Virus record (IMG/VR): IMGVR_UViG_3300009081_000009
Span: 100,709 to 164,708 of that record
DNA: 64,000 bases
Direction: 5' to 3' (one strand)
Source of the DNA: a virus
In this document: positions 44,246-54,552 of the stretch, in pieces
How positions within the stretch are numbered: the first letter of the stretch is position 1
Layout of the letters: each line of letters opens with the position of its first letter
The notes under the pieces: model-generated
Seen by the model: only the letters and a program-made list of their open reading frames with translations
What the model was told of the DNA's origin: nothing
Databases searched by the model: none
Program-made: the position numbers and the translations under genes

Positions 44246-45274
44246 ATGATTACGAAAAAGATTCAAATTCCAACTGGTTATTTGTTAGTAGGTGATTATA
44301 GCCGTGGTCAACTGGAAACTCTGTCAATTGGTGATTATGGCAAGGGTAAGAACGTAAAGGCTGACTTCCTTGGTTATACAAATATCATTGAAGGTGTTCC
44401 TAATGGAACTTGCATGCCTCTTACTGAAAAATGGGTCATTACCGTATCTACACAATATGGATGTCCAATGAAGTGTACATTCTGTGATGTTCCCAATTTG
44501 CAATTCAAAGGAAATGCAAGTGTTGAAGATCTCAAGAATCAGTTATATTCTGCAATTGCGATGTTTCCTAATATTCGATATACGGAACGATTGAATTTGC
44601 ATTATGCACGTATGGGTGAACCTGCATTCAATAAGAGTGTATTTGAATTCTCCCGTTGGTTGGCTTCTAACAAGCGTCAATTGCTAATTGATACTGGACT
44701 TCGGGTTGAAGTGATTCATCCTGTCCTGACCTCTTCTATGCCCCGTGCGCTGGGTGATTTAGGTGATCGTATTCGTGAATGGTGTGACATCAAGAATAAT
44801 GTATATAATGGTCAGGCTGGATTACAGTTTTCTATCAATAGCACAAATGATGATCAGCGCAATGCAATGTTTAATAATCGTGCATTAAGTTTGGATGAAA
44901 TTGCTATCATTGCCGAATCCCTTCCTGATCCTGTTAGTCGTAAGTATTGTTTGAATTTTGCATACTCTACGGATTTTGAAATTGATGCGGAAAAACTAGC
45001 CAATATGTTTGATCCGAACAAATTCATGTGTAAGATTACGCCAATTCATAATAACAACGCATGTACATCCAATAATATCAAAACTCTTGGTGGTTATGAT
45101 AGCTGGATGCCTTATCAGAAACCAGAAGAAGATCTTAAAGCTGCTGGATTTGATGTGTTGGTATTTGTTCCATCGATGGATGAAGAGAATGGCTTAGTTA
45201 CCTGTGGAAATGCGGTTCTCGGTGGTGGAACTCTAAAAACAACCGATAATACAATGAAAATCGAAGGGATTTAA
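44246..45274 (+). CDS. RlmN-like radical SAM protein
   Basis: STQYGCPMKCTFC, RMGEP, C-terminal TCG. Confidence 0.8.
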   Translation: MITKKIQIPTGYLLVGDYSRGQLETLSIGDYGKGKNVKADFLGYTNIIEGVPNGTCMPLTEKWVITVSTQYGCPMKCTFCDVPNLQFKGNASVEDLKNQLYSAIAMFPNIRYTERLNLHYARMGEPAFNKSVFEFSRWLASNKRQLLIDTGLRVEVIHPVLTSSMPRALGDLGDRIREWCDIKNNVYNGQAGLQFSINSTNDDQRNAMFNNRALSLDEIAIIAESLPDPVSRKYCLNFAYSTDFEIDAEKLANMFDPNKFMCKITPIHNNNACTSNNIKTLGGYDSWMPYQKPEEDLKAAGFDVLVFVPSMDEENGLVTCGNAVLGGGTLKTTDNTMKIEGI

Positions 45275-45322
45275 TCATTTTGATAAAAAGTATTTGACAT
45301 TTCATGAGAAATGATCTATATT
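45269..45322 (+). promoter_or_regulatory. candidate NrtR operator plus promoter of nadE
   Basis: tttaATCattttGATaaaaagt abutting TTGACA-17nt-TATATT. Confidence 0.6.
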
Positions 45323-45352
45323 ATTATCAAAGTGATAAAAATAGGAGTTCTT

Positions 45353-47272
45353 ATGGCTGAAAATACGAAGATTCGAATGGTTCAAATGGAAGTTGTTCCG
45401 GGAAATCCACGCATTAATTATTCTACTTGTTTGTCTCATGTTAATAAGGCCAAACAGGAAGGTGTTCGTGTGTTGGTTTTCCCAGAACTTTGTATTTCTG
45501 GTTATTTGATCGGTGATATGTGGGAAGAACTCGCATTTTTGGAAGATTGTGAGCATTTTGGTGCTGAACTTGCCAAGGAATCCACTAAAGATCTGGCTAT
45601 TGTATTCGGAAATGTATTTATTGATCGTGATTTGCATGGTACTGATGGTCGTGTAGTTAAATTGAATGGTGCATTCGTCGCAATGAATGGGGAATTTCAT
45701 AAGGATAGTCAGCGAGGTATTGTATATCCAAAGGCATTGTTGCCAAACTATCGAGAATTTGAAGAACCTCGCCATTTTAAGGATTTGCAATGGTATTGTG
45801 AACGTAAATTCGGTAATACAAATGTAATGCAGATGTATGCGCCTATTACAGTCGATACAGACTTGCATATCGGATTGACTATCTGCGAAGATGGCTGGGA
45901 TCGTGATTATGATATTAAACCAGTAAAGAATGCCATTAAGCGTGGTGCTAATCTAATTCTGAATCTTAGCTGTTCGCCATTCACATTAAATAAAAATGTA
46001 TCCAGAGACCGTGTATTCTCTGCTCATGCACGAGATAATAAAGTCCCATTGTGTTATGTAAATTCGATTGGATTGCAGAACAATGGCAAGACTCTTTTTA
46101 CATTTGATGGTTCCACTGTTGCCTATGATAAAAATGGAAATACCATTGCAAATGCGAAATGCTTTACTGATAGTGTATTGGATGTAACATTCAATCATGA
46201 TACAAAGGATCTGGAGCCAGTAGTTGCTACTGTATACGAAGATGAAACCGAAGTAGAACAAATTCATAATGCGTTAATTTATGGTATTCGTACTTACATG
46301 AAGCAATCCAAGTTGGCACGAGTTGTTATTGGATCTTCTGGTGGTGTTGATTCCGCTGTGGCTGCTGCATTGTATGCGGAAGCTATTGGTAAGGATAATC
46401 TCATGTTGGTAAATATGCCAAGTAAGTTTAATAGCAAAACCACGATTGGGTTGTCTGAACAACTAGCATTGAATATTGGTTGCTATTATACAATTATTCC
46501 TATTAGTGATTCTGTTGAATTGACTAAAACTCAAATCAATGGCCTTACAGTTCAACAATTAACTACCGATTCTGACTATTTAAATGATGCAATCAAATTA
46601 AAGTTATCCAGTTTTGATTTGGAAAATGTTCAGGCTCGTGATCGGTCTTCGAGAATTTTGTCGGCAGTTGCTAGTGCCTTTGGTGGTGTATTTACCAATA
46701 ATGGCAATAAAACTGAATCGACAGTCGGCTATTGTACCATGTATGGTGATTTGGCTGGGTTCCTTGCAGCGATTGGTGATTTGTGGAAGAGCCAAGTATA
46801 CGAATTGGGTAAGTATATGAATCGAAATGGTGAAGTTATTCCACAAGGAATCTTTGATATCATTCCTTCTGCTGAATTGAGCGAGGAACAATGCCTTGAT
46901 AATGGTAAGGGAGATCCTATCATTTATTGGTATCATGATAATCTCTTTAAGGCATGGATTGAACGTTGGGATCGAGTTACTCCAACAGAGATCATGGAAC
47001 ACTACATTGCTTGTGACTTGTTTAAGTTCCTTGGAATTAATAAGCCAGAAGAGCAACTGCGTATTCTATTCCCAACTCCTGATGCCTTTGTAGCTGATCT
47101 GGAACGTTGGTGGAATCTGTTTAAGGGTATGGCTGTAGCAAAGCGTGTTCAGGCTCCACCTGTACTTGCGTTGTCGAGACGTTCCTTTGGATTCGATTAT
47201 CGAGAAACACTTAATTGTGTTTATTATAGCGAAAAATACCTAAAACTGAAACGTCATCTAGGAGTGCAATAA
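45353..47272 (+). CDS. nadE: glutamine-dependent NAD+ synthetase
   Basis: VFPEL, KALLPNYREFEE, ICED (nitrilase); SGGVDS, ENVQAR, NKTE, YGD, PSAEL. Confidence 0.93.
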   Translation: MAENTKIRMVQMEVVPGNPRINYSTCLSHVNKAKQEGVRVLVFPELCISGYLIGDMWEELAFLEDCEHFGAELAKESTKDLAIVFGNVFIDRDLHGTDGRVVKLNGAFVAMNGEFHKDSQRGIVYPKALLPNYREFEEPRHFKDLQWYCERKFGNTNVMQMYAPITVDTDLHIGLTICEDGWDRDYDIKPVKNAIKRGANLILNLSCSPFTLNKNVSRDRVFSAHARDNKVPLCYVNSIGLQNNGKTLFTFDGSTVAYDKNGNTIANAKCFTDSVLDVTFNHDTKDLEPVVATVYEDETEVEQIHNALIYGIRTYMKQSKLARVVIGSSGGVDSAVAAALYAEAIGKDNLMLVNMPSKFNSKTTIGLSEQLALNIGCYYTIIPISDSVELTKTQINGLTVQQLTTDSDYLNDAIKLKLSSFDLENVQARDRSSRILSAVASAFGGVFTNNGNKTESTVGYCTMYGDLAGFLAAIGDLWKSQVYELGKYMNRNGEVIPQGIFDIIPSAELSEEQCLDNGKGDPIIYWYHDNLFKAWIERWDRVTPTEIMEHYIACDLFKFLGINKPEEQLRILFPTPDAFVADLERWWNLFKGMAVAKRVQAPPVLALSRRSFGFDYRETLNCVYYSEKYLKLKRHLGVQ

Positions 47273-47327
47273 CTTTTTGTCTTTTTGATAAAAAGTTATT
47301 GTCAAAACGCTAAAAATAACCTATATT
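47271..47327 (+). promoter_or_regulatory. candidate NrtR operator plus promoter of pncA-nadD-nrtR
   Basis: aactttttGTCtttttGATaaaaagtt abutting TTGTCA-17nt-TATATT. Confidence 0.65.
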
Positions 47328-47356
47328 ATTATCAGATTGATAAAAAGGAGTTAATT

Positions 47357-48202
47357 ATGAAAACCAATCTATTGCTAGTCGATTATCAGAACTGTTTTAC
47401 TCAACCACCCACCATTGATGGGAAGCCAAATCCTCTTGCTGGATCTTTGTTTGTTCCAAATTCCAATGGTGATATTGATCGTATTATTGATTTTATTGTT
47501 AAAAATATTCAGGAGATTAATAGTATTGCGTTGACTGGTGATTTTCACCCAACTCATATGATTTCTTTCCCTAATTGGTGGACTAATGATAAGGGAGAAC
47601 AACCAGAACTATTTACTGTTATTACAGTAGATGATGTTGAACGTGGTATCTGGAAGGCATCCAATCCAGAAATGCAGGAATGGAGTTTGTATTATGTTCG
47701 GCAACTTGCTGAAAATAATAAGAATAAGAAAAATAATTTCTTTGATTTGCGAATCTGGCCTTATCATGCAATTGCAGGAACTACTGGATGTAATTTTGAA
47801 CCAGATCTGCTTAATGTACTTGAGCCATATATGAAAGACCTCGTGACAGTTGTTATGAAGGGAACCAATGGTAAGACTGAACAGCAAGGTGCATACGAAG
47901 CCGATGTTCCAGTACTGGAAGATCCAGAAACAAGATGTAACTCTGCTATGAGTAAGTGGCTTGATGATGCATTTGAAGATGGTGGGATTGTGCTTGCATC
48001 TGGTGAAGCCCTTGATATTTGCTTTGCTTATACTATTTATTCTATTTTGAATGCATATCCTAATCATAAAGATCAACTTGTTATCTTGACTGATTGTGCA
48101 TCTCCTATCTATCCAGAACTTGGTGCTAAGTTCCTTGATGATATGAAGGCTCTTAATGTGAAGCTAACCACCAGTACAGAATATTTCGCAGGTAATGAAT
48201 GA
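47357..48202 (+). CDS. pncA: nicotinamidase (isochorismatase family)
   Basis: VDYQNCF, DFH, WPYHA, KG, GEALDIC; NAD cluster context. Confidence 0.85.
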   Translation: MKTNLLLVDYQNCFTQPPTIDGKPNPLAGSLFVPNSNGDIDRIIDFIVKNIQEINSIALTGDFHPTHMISFPNWWTNDKGEQPELFTVITVDDVERGIWKASNPEMQEWSLYYVRQLAENNKNKKNNFFDLRIWPYHAIAGTTGCNFEPDLLNVLEPYMKDLVTVVMKGTNGKTEQQGAYEADVPVLEDPETRCNSAMSKWLDDAFEDGGIVLASGEALDICFAYTIYSILNAYPNHKDQLVILTDCASPIYPELGAKFLDDMKALNVKLTTSTEYFAGNE

Positions 48203-48819
48203 AGCGAATTGGAATATATGGAGGTGCATTCAATTCACCTACTATCGGACATAAGCATGTAGTGACTTCTGTGCTTGAGTCTGGTATGGTGGATGAAGTT
48301 TGGATAAATCCAAGTTATTTGCATTTCCATGGAAAGAAAATGGTTTCATATGCTCATCGGTGTATGATGTGTGAATTAATGATTTGTGATATGACTGATA
48401 AAGTTTCGGTTATGTTGCTTGATCGAGTAATTGCAACCAACTTTCCAACTTTCAATGGTTCAACAATTGAATTCATGCAATACCTGCGTAAGTTATTTAC
48501 TGATTTCAATCATGAGTACAGTATTATTATCGGTCAAGATAACGCTGAAACTATCAGTACGTGGAATAAAGGTGAAGAATTAGTGAATAGTGAACGATTC
48601 ATTATTATTCCACGTGATGATTATCAGTTGACTGATCAATGGTATATGAAGGAACCCCATCATTTGTTGCGCAATCTGCATACTTTTAAGGTAAGTTCTA
48701 CTGAGGTTAGAGAAGAGATTGCCAGAATCCCAGAGAATGATGTAAGTGATACTTTGAAACATTTTTTAGGCCATGATGTATTGGCTTATGTACTGAATAA
48801 AAATTTATATAAGGAGTAA
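48199..48819 (+). CDS. nadD: nicotinate-nucleotide adenylyltransferase
   Basis: IYGGAFNSPTIGH, IIGQD, VSSTEVRE. Confidence 0.88.
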   Translation: MKRIGIYGGAFNSPTIGHKHVVTSVLESGMVDEVWINPSYLHFHGKKMVSYAHRCMMCELMICDMTDKVSVMLLDRVIATNFPTFNGSTIEFMQYLRKLFTDFNHEYSIIIGQDNAETISTWNKGEELVNSERFIIIPRDDYQLTDQWYMKEPHHLLRNLHTFKVSSTEVREEIARIPENDVSDTLKHFLGHDVLAYVLNKNLYKE

Positions 48820-48822
48820 AGT

Positions 48823-49545
48823 ATGGAAGAGGAACTTAAAGACGATCTCTCTAATTACAATGAGAAGATTTACGAAAAGCCATCGGTGACAGTTGATATT
48901 GGTATCTGTCGCATTGTCAATGATAAACTTACCGTGCTGTTGATTCAGAGAAGCAAACCTCCATTTCGTGATATGTGGGCAATCCCCGGTGGATTCCTTG
49001 ATGTTGATAAGAAAAAGAATCCCGATCCTTCCCTTGAATTTGCTGCGATGCGTGAATTGCGTGAAGAAACTGGTATTACAAAAATTCCGGTGCATCAATT
49101 GGCTTCGTATGGTGATATTGATCGTGATCCTCGTATGCGTGTTGTCACTGTAGCGTATTTCGCTGCTGTTAATGATGATATGATTTCCAATGAAAAGGTA
49201 GAAGCAGCCGACGATGCTAAAAAGGGAAGTGCTATCTGGTGGAATTTACATAAATTACCAAAGATGGCATTTGACCATAAGAAAATTTTGAAAGACTTAT
49301 TGACTCGTATTCAAGGTCGAATTCAATATACCGATTTGGCATTTTCATTCATCCCTAAAAAATTCACATGGGGTGAGTTGCAGAAGGTGTATGAAATTGT
49401 TCTCGGTCGTGAATTGGTTGCATCTAATTTCCGTAGAAAGATTAAGTCTATTTATAATATTCAGGAATTGGATGAATATAATCAACCAATTACTGGAAGA
49501 CCATCGAAATTGCTAGTCTATAAGGGAATGAAGCCTCAATTCTAA
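48823..49545 (+). CDS. nrtR: NrtR-family NUDIX/winged-helix regulator
   Basis: WAIPGGF, RELREETG, RDPR, AFDH, FTWGELQKVYE, NFRRK, GRP. Confidence 0.88.
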   Translation: MEEELKDDLSNYNEKIYEKPSVTVDIGICRIVNDKLTVLLIQRSKPPFRDMWAIPGGFLDVDKKKNPDPSLEFAAMRELREETGITKIPVHQLASYGDIDRDPRMRVVTVAYFAAVNDDMISNEKVEAADDAKKGSAIWWNLHKLPKMAFDHKKILKDLLTRIQGRIQYTDLAFSFIPKKFTWGELQKVYEIVLGRELVASNFRRKIKSIYNIQELDEYNQPITGRPSKLLVYKGMKPQF

Positions 49546-49578
49546 AAGTAATCAGTTGATTTTTATAAACTATGTATT

Positions 49579-49998
49579 ATGAAAGATCCATATTTACATA
49601 GTTTTTTAGAATCGTTTGATGAGGGCACTGAAAAAGCTCTTATGGAAAGTATCCGTAAGGGTTATTCATGCATTTTTGAAGGGTATGAAGATCCTCGTGA
49701 TATAGAACGCGAAGATGCAGTTACTCAATTTAATAGAATGGGTGCATATAACAGTAATTTTGGTGTAAATCCAATTATGGCGTTTTTGCAACAATCAGGT
49801 GAACGATTAAGAGATAGATACAGCGAAGACCCAAATCCTGAATTAGATTCTGTTACAATGACAGTTCATTATGAACCAACAGATGATCGAGCAAATGATG
49901 GATATGATGATTATGATGAATACAATACACCAGAGACTGATGATTCATATGATACTGGGTTTGGTTTAACTAATAGAGATTTATCGGAATTATCATAA
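49579..49998 (+). CDS. acidic hypothetical protein
   Basis: Downstream of TATAAACTA motif. Confidence 0.65.
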   Translation: MKDPYLHSFLESFDEGTEKALMESIRKGYSCIFEGYEDPRDIEREDAVTQFNRMGAYNSNFGVNPIMAFLQQSGERLRDRYSEDPNPELDSVTMTVHYEPTDDRANDGYDDYDEYNTPETDDSYDTGFGLTNRDLSELS

Positions 49999-50162
49999 TG
50001 GAAATTGGGTTAATATTTAACTGCGAGTGGTGTGGAAATAGAATTGATAAAGCTGCTGCTTTGTTATTTTCAGCTCCTGTCAATAATATGACTCGAAAAC
50101 ATCACATGTGTCAAGCATGCTATGAAAAAATCGAAGCGATGAGAATAATATCTAATCCTTAA
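49998..50162 (+). CDS. small CxxC..CxxC zinc-finger protein (54 aa)
   Basis: Manual translation MEIGLIFNCEWCG...HMCQAC; TAATG overlap. Confidence 0.55.
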   Translation: MEIGLIFNCEWCGNRIDKAAALLFSAPVNNMTRKHHMCQACYEKIEAMRIISNP

Positions 50163-50484
50163 TAATAGTTCTGTCATCAGGACAATAAAACCATTTTTCC
50201 CCAAAATAATCCATATAATATATAGAAAATCCAATTGGTTTTGTATTTGTATTATACTTATTTAATATTTGAATGCTTTTCTCTGTATTCAATTTATGTT
50301 GACCTGATTTAACTAATGGATGATATATCAATTTATGACATGTTGGACATAAAGGAATTGTTACTTTATTAAGCGGTGATGGATTTATTTCTTTTGGTGT
50401 AATATGATGAAATTCAATAAGCGATTTTTTATTTGTTTCATATTTACATGTAGGAAACCAGCATTTATATACTACATTAGACAT
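50152..50484 (-). CDS. HNH-like protein
   Basis: CWFPTC, EFHHITP, LCPTCH. Confidence 0.7.
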   Translation of the reverse strand: MSNVVYKCWFPTCKYETNKKSLIEFHHITPKEINPSPLNKVTIPLCPTCHKLIYHPLVKSGQHKLNTEKSIQILNKYNTNTKPIGFSIYYMDYFGEKWFYCPDDRTIIKD

Positions 50485-50555
50485 GTAATAAATAATAAAT
50501 TTTTCCCCAAAAAATTACCATAAAAACTTATATTTATCTTAAACCGAAGGATAGT

Positions 50556-51110
50556 ATGGGTAAAAAATTTGTTATATCAGCCGTATCAGCATCAGGGAAG
50601 ACTACACTAGTTAATGCATTATTATCAATTCACCCTGAGATATATAGATTGAAAACGTGTACGACACGACCTATTAGACCAGAAGAGAAAGGCGACGAAT
50701 ACTATTTCTTAACTCCTGATGATGCTAACAAAAAAATAAAGTCTCATGAATTCATCGAACATTCTACGGTTTATGGAAATTTATATGGTTTAACTAGAAC
50801 CGAAGTTGATAGTCATTCGGCAGTAAATTCAGTTGTTATTTTAGATGTTCAGGGTGCTAAAAAATTCAAAAAGGTATATCCTGATGCTTTGACTATCTTT
50901 TTGGAACCTCCCTCAATGGAAGTTCTTGAAGCCAGATTAAAAGAACGTAATACATCAGATCTAGATGTATCAAATCGACTGGCTGAAACTAAAAAAGAGC
51001 TAGAATTCATGAAAAAGGCTGATTATATCGTTCCAAATGGATCATTGCTTCAAATGAAACGAAAGCTATTCAGATATGTAGAATTCTATATTAATGATAA
51101 TTCACATTGA
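50556..51110 (+). CDS. gmk: guanylate kinase
   Basis: SASGKTT, TTRPIRPEE, YYF, YGNLYG, DVQGA. Confidence 0.92.
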   Translation: MGKKFVISAVSASGKTTLVNALLSIHPEIYRLKTCTTRPIRPEEKGDEYYFLTPDDANKKIKSHEFIEHSTVYGNLYGLTRTEVDSHSAVNSVVILDVQGAKKFKKVYPDALTIFLEPPSMEVLEARLKERNTSDLDVSNRLAETKKELEFMKKADYIVPNGSLLQMKRKLFRYVEFYINDNSH

Positions 51111-51141
51111 CATAAACTAAATTAGTTTCTATATTAGTGGT

Positions 51142-52299
51142 ATGAAAAATATACTACCACATATCAATGATTTTCTAAATCGCGCAAATCTTACGGCTCA
51201 GCGTAAAGATGGCCTTATCTTGTTTGATTACAATAAGACTGTTTCATTCGCATTTGATTGGGATATTGTGACCCTCAATGCACGTGGCATTGTATTTGAA
51301 GAATCTACTGGTCGTGTAGTTGCGAGAGGATACCCAAAGTTCTTCAATTATGAAGAATTGATTGGTGACAATACTCGAATGAATGAAGCTCCAAACTTCC
51401 CTGACTCGTTTAAGCCAAATTTCACTGGTAAGTTTAGAGTATTGGAAAAGGCTGATGGTTCTTGTGCCATTGTGTATTTCTATAATGGGGAATGGAGAGT
51501 AAATACTCGTGGATCATTTAATTCAGATCAAGCTGTGTGGGGAAAGAAGTACCTTGATAGCAATATTAAGACTGAATTGATGAATCGCGCCCATACGTAC
51601 ATTTTCGAAGCTATCTACCCAGATAATCGAATTGTTATTAATTATGGAGATAAGGAAGCTCTTGTACTTACTGGAATCATTGATACTCAGACTGGCGATG
51701 AGTTTGGTGTTGAGTATCTTGAAGCAGAATGTGCAAAGATTGGCTGTGAGATGGTTAAGGTTCTTGTATTTGATAAATTCGAGGATTTATTCAATGTGCG
51801 TGATACTTTAACTGTAAATGAAGAAGGATTTGTTATTACTTTTGATAACGGATACAAATGCAAACTGAAAGGTGCTGCATACTGTGCTGTTCATAAGAAA
51901 ATGAATAATCTTACTCCATTGGCTTTTTGGAATGCATTTGATGTTGAGTCATTTAAGATGCCTGAATCATTCTTAGCGGAATTGCCAGAAGAATTTCGTG
52001 ATAGTGTAGATGAATTGACTGAGATTACCGAGAGAATGCATAATGAAAGTTATGCTCGATTGATTGATCTTGCGTCAACCATTCCACCATTTGAGAATGA
52101 TAAAAAAGGCAATAAATCTCGATATGAGTACATCACATCTCACGTAGATCATGGTGATGTTGCTTTGGTGCTTTCTATTCTTAACGGAAGTGGAAAGAAG
52201 ACCAAAGAAGTCATTCATCGAATGGTACGACCATTTAAAAATTCGTATGATGGAATCACACTTAACAGCAGATTACAGAGAATTTTCAGCGAAAGCTGA
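51142..52299 (+). CDS. RNA ligase, T4 Rnl1-like
   Basis: ARG, KFFN, EKADGS (motif I), TRGSF, FEAI, EEGFV, KLK. Confidence 0.88.
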   Translation: MKNILPHINDFLNRANLTAQRKDGLILFDYNKTVSFAFDWDIVTLNARGIVFEESTGRVVARGYPKFFNYEELIGDNTRMNEAPNFPDSFKPNFTGKFRVLEKADGSCAIVYFYNGEWRVNTRGSFNSDQAVWGKKYLDSNIKTELMNRAHTYIFEAIYPDNRIVINYGDKEALVLTGIIDTQTGDEFGVEYLEAECAKIGCEMVKVLVFDKFEDLFNVRDTLTVNEEGFVITFDNGYKCKLKGAAYCAVHKKMNNLTPLAFWNAFDVESFKMPESFLAELPEEFRDSVDELTEITERMHNESYARLIDLASTIPPFENDKKGNKSRYEYITSHVDHGDVALVLSILNGSGKKTKEVIHRMVRPFKNSYDGITLNSRLQRIFSES

Positions 52300-52325
52300 T
52301 TCTCTGTTTTCTTTTAGGAATAAAT

Positions 52326-52667
52326 ATGGATATCATTAAATTATTAACTGAAATGGCTAAGTCAACAGATCCACAGGCATTTATGGACTTAACGTTTAAA
52401 AAAGAAAATTCAGATCCACATCCAGATGCTGAGTTGCTTATAACTGACATGCACAATCATATGATTAGTGTACTTACCAAGTTTGATGAGCCGTGGATGA
52501 CGGATAAAGATCGAGCAGAAGCTAAAGAAATGGTGATAGCTGAACTTGAATCAAAGGGTGCTATCATTGAAATGCGAAATTCAATCAACGATGCAATTAG
52601 TCGTAATTATGATATGGTTAAGTTTTGTGAATTCATGAAAACTATGACAACCATGATGTCAAAATAA
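52326..52667 (+). CDS. hypothetical protein
   Basis: 113 aa, agga SD. Confidence 0.65.
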   Translation: MDIIKLLTEMAKSTDPQAFMDLTFKKENSDPHPDAELLITDMHNHMISVLTKFDEPWMTDKDRAEAKEMVIAELESKGAIIEMRNSINDAISRNYDMVKFCEFMKTMTTMMSK

Positions 52668-52669
52668 TT

Positions 52670-52876
52670 ATGACAAATGAGTCAAAAGTTTCTATATTAA
52701 AAGAGAATGGATGGCTTGAGTATTATGGTAATACATGGATACTAAAGGCATGGGTTATTGCTGGATTGCCATATGATAAAATGTCAGTATCACTTGACGA
52801 AGCATTCAAATCAGTAGAACCCCATCCATTTGATAAATTTCATGAATTGGCGTTGAAAGAAGGAACTAAAAAATGA
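52670..52876 (+). CDS. hypothetical protein
   Basis: 68 aa in operon. Confidence 0.55.
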   Translation: MTNESKVSILKENGWLEYYGNTWILKAWVIAGLPYDKMSVSLDEAFKSVEPHPFDKFHELALKEGTKK

Positions 52877-53991
52877 CTGAACAAGAAATTGAAGAAAATA
52901 AAGTATTTATGTTTGTGCGTGGTTCTCATGCATACGGTTTAAATAATGCTGATAGTGATGAAGATCTTGGTGGTATTGCACTTCCAAGTCGTGATGTAGT
53001 GCTTGGATTTGATGAATTTAAGCAGAAAGATGATTATGTAGATGCTACTGGCACTAAGACTGATACATCTGTGTATAACATTCTTAAAGCATTAGATTTG
53101 ATTGCCAATAACAATCCAAATATGCTTGATTTCTTGTATGCTCCTGATCGCTGTATTCGGTTGCTAAAACCTGAATGGGAACATATCATGGAATACCGTG
53201 ATCAATTCCTATGTAAGAAAGCTAAATGGGCATATCAGGGTTATGCAACGGATCAATTGAATCGGTTGGAAACACATCGCAGTTATTTGTTGCATCCAAT
53301 GACTCAACCAACTCGTGAAGCGTTTAACCTTCCTGCTAAGAGTATTTTTCCTGAAAATCAGCTTGCTGTGATTGCTCGGTTGTCTAGTGAATATGTACCA
53401 GAAGATAAGCAAAATATGTTCTATAAGGATATGTCTGCTTTATTCGATCATGAAGGTGCAATGACCTTTAAGAAATATGTATCTCATGATATGTGTCCAT
53501 TCGCCATTGCTGATTTCAAGCGTAGAGATGATGAATTTTTGCGGATGATTGGTAGTGTCTCTCAGCATTTCCTTAAAGATGAATATAGAAATATGGCTCA
53601 TCAGGAATTGAAATATTTGGCTGCATGCGACCAATGGGTTGCATACAAGAGATGGCAGAAACAAAGAAATCCAAAACGAAAGTTACTTGAAGAAAAATGT
53701 GGATATGATGCAAAGCATGCTGCTCATTTAATTCGGTTGCTACGGATGGGTTGTGAAATCATGCAAGGTAAAGGTGTTAATGTTGATAGAACCAATATTG
53801 ACCGTGAGCATCTTTATAAAATTCGTATCGGTGATGTAAAATTTGATGATATGATGGCAGAATGTAAAGAACTCAATGACGTGATTGATGATGCGTATAG
53901 TAACAATAATATTCTTCCATTGGAACAGAATACTGAATTGTTTACTCGGCTAAAAAGAGAAATCATTGAACAAGCATTAACTAAAAGGTAA
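52873..53991 (+). CDS. pol-beta superfamily nucleotidyltransferase (YcgL/RlaP-like)
   Basis: GSHAYG..SDED, NNPN, GYDAKHAAHLIRLL. Confidence 0.85.
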   Translation: MTEQEIEENKVFMFVRGSHAYGLNNADSDEDLGGIALPSRDVVLGFDEFKQKDDYVDATGTKTDTSVYNILKALDLIANNNPNMLDFLYAPDRCIRLLKPEWEHIMEYRDQFLCKKAKWAYQGYATDQLNRLETHRSYLLHPMTQPTREAFNLPAKSIFPENQLAVIARLSSEYVPEDKQNMFYKDMSALFDHEGAMTFKKYVSHDMCPFAIADFKRRDDEFLRMIGSVSQHFLKDEYRNMAHQELKYLAACDQWVAYKRWQKQRNPKRKLLEEKCGYDAKHAAHLIRLLRMGCEIMQGKGVNVDRTNIDREHLYKIRIGDVKFDDMMAECKELNDVIDDAYSNNNILPLEQNTELFTRLKREIIEQALTKR

Positions 53992-53994
53992 TTT

Positions 53995-54552
53995 ATGGAC
54001 GGTATATTTTTTAATTCTCATCTACGTAAAATCATTCGACAAGGTGATCGTTCTAAAGCATACCGTAACCTGATAAAGAAAATTGTCAGGATTCATAGAG
54101 AATTCTTTACGGAAGAGAATATTCCAACAGCTAATGGATATTTACAAGAGTTGTTGGATGATGCATTTCGTGAAGAATATATTAATGATTGTGGATTACC
54201 GCTTGAAACTCTGAATAGATTTACAGCAATAAAATTGATTGAAAATTCAAATAATAGCTGGGATGAAATTAGTGAGTTATCTGAGAAAAATGCGAGATTG
54301 ATATTATCAACTCTACAGGCGTATGAACCCGATCATATTAGTATCAATGAAAATGGTGCTTTTGTGATTCGGTTTATTCGAAATACGCATATTGTTGAGT
54401 GTATTGTTGGTGGTAGAACTGCCAATAGAACTGCCAATAGTAACTGGGTTGATGTTTCTATTGAAAAAGCGGATCATTGTATGATTTATAGAAAATCAAC
54501 GATTACAAGTGAAGCAATCGAATTTATTAGAATGAACACGAGACATACTTAA
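53995..54552 (+). CDS. hypothetical protein
   Basis: 185 aa in operon. Confidence 0.65.
   Translation: MDGIFFNSHLRKIIRQGDRSKAYRNLIKKIVRIHREFFTEENIPTANGYLQELLDDAFREEYINDCGLPLETLNRFTAIKLIENSNNSWDEISELSEKNARLILSTLQAYEPDHISINENGAFVIRFIRNTHIVECIVGGRTANRTANSNWVDVSIEKADHCMIYRKSTITSEAIEFIRMNTRHT

Noticed and set aside
41508-49153. Several 60-190 aa antisense or alternate-frame ORFs in the NAD cluster
   Set aside because: Shadows of well-conserved enzymes
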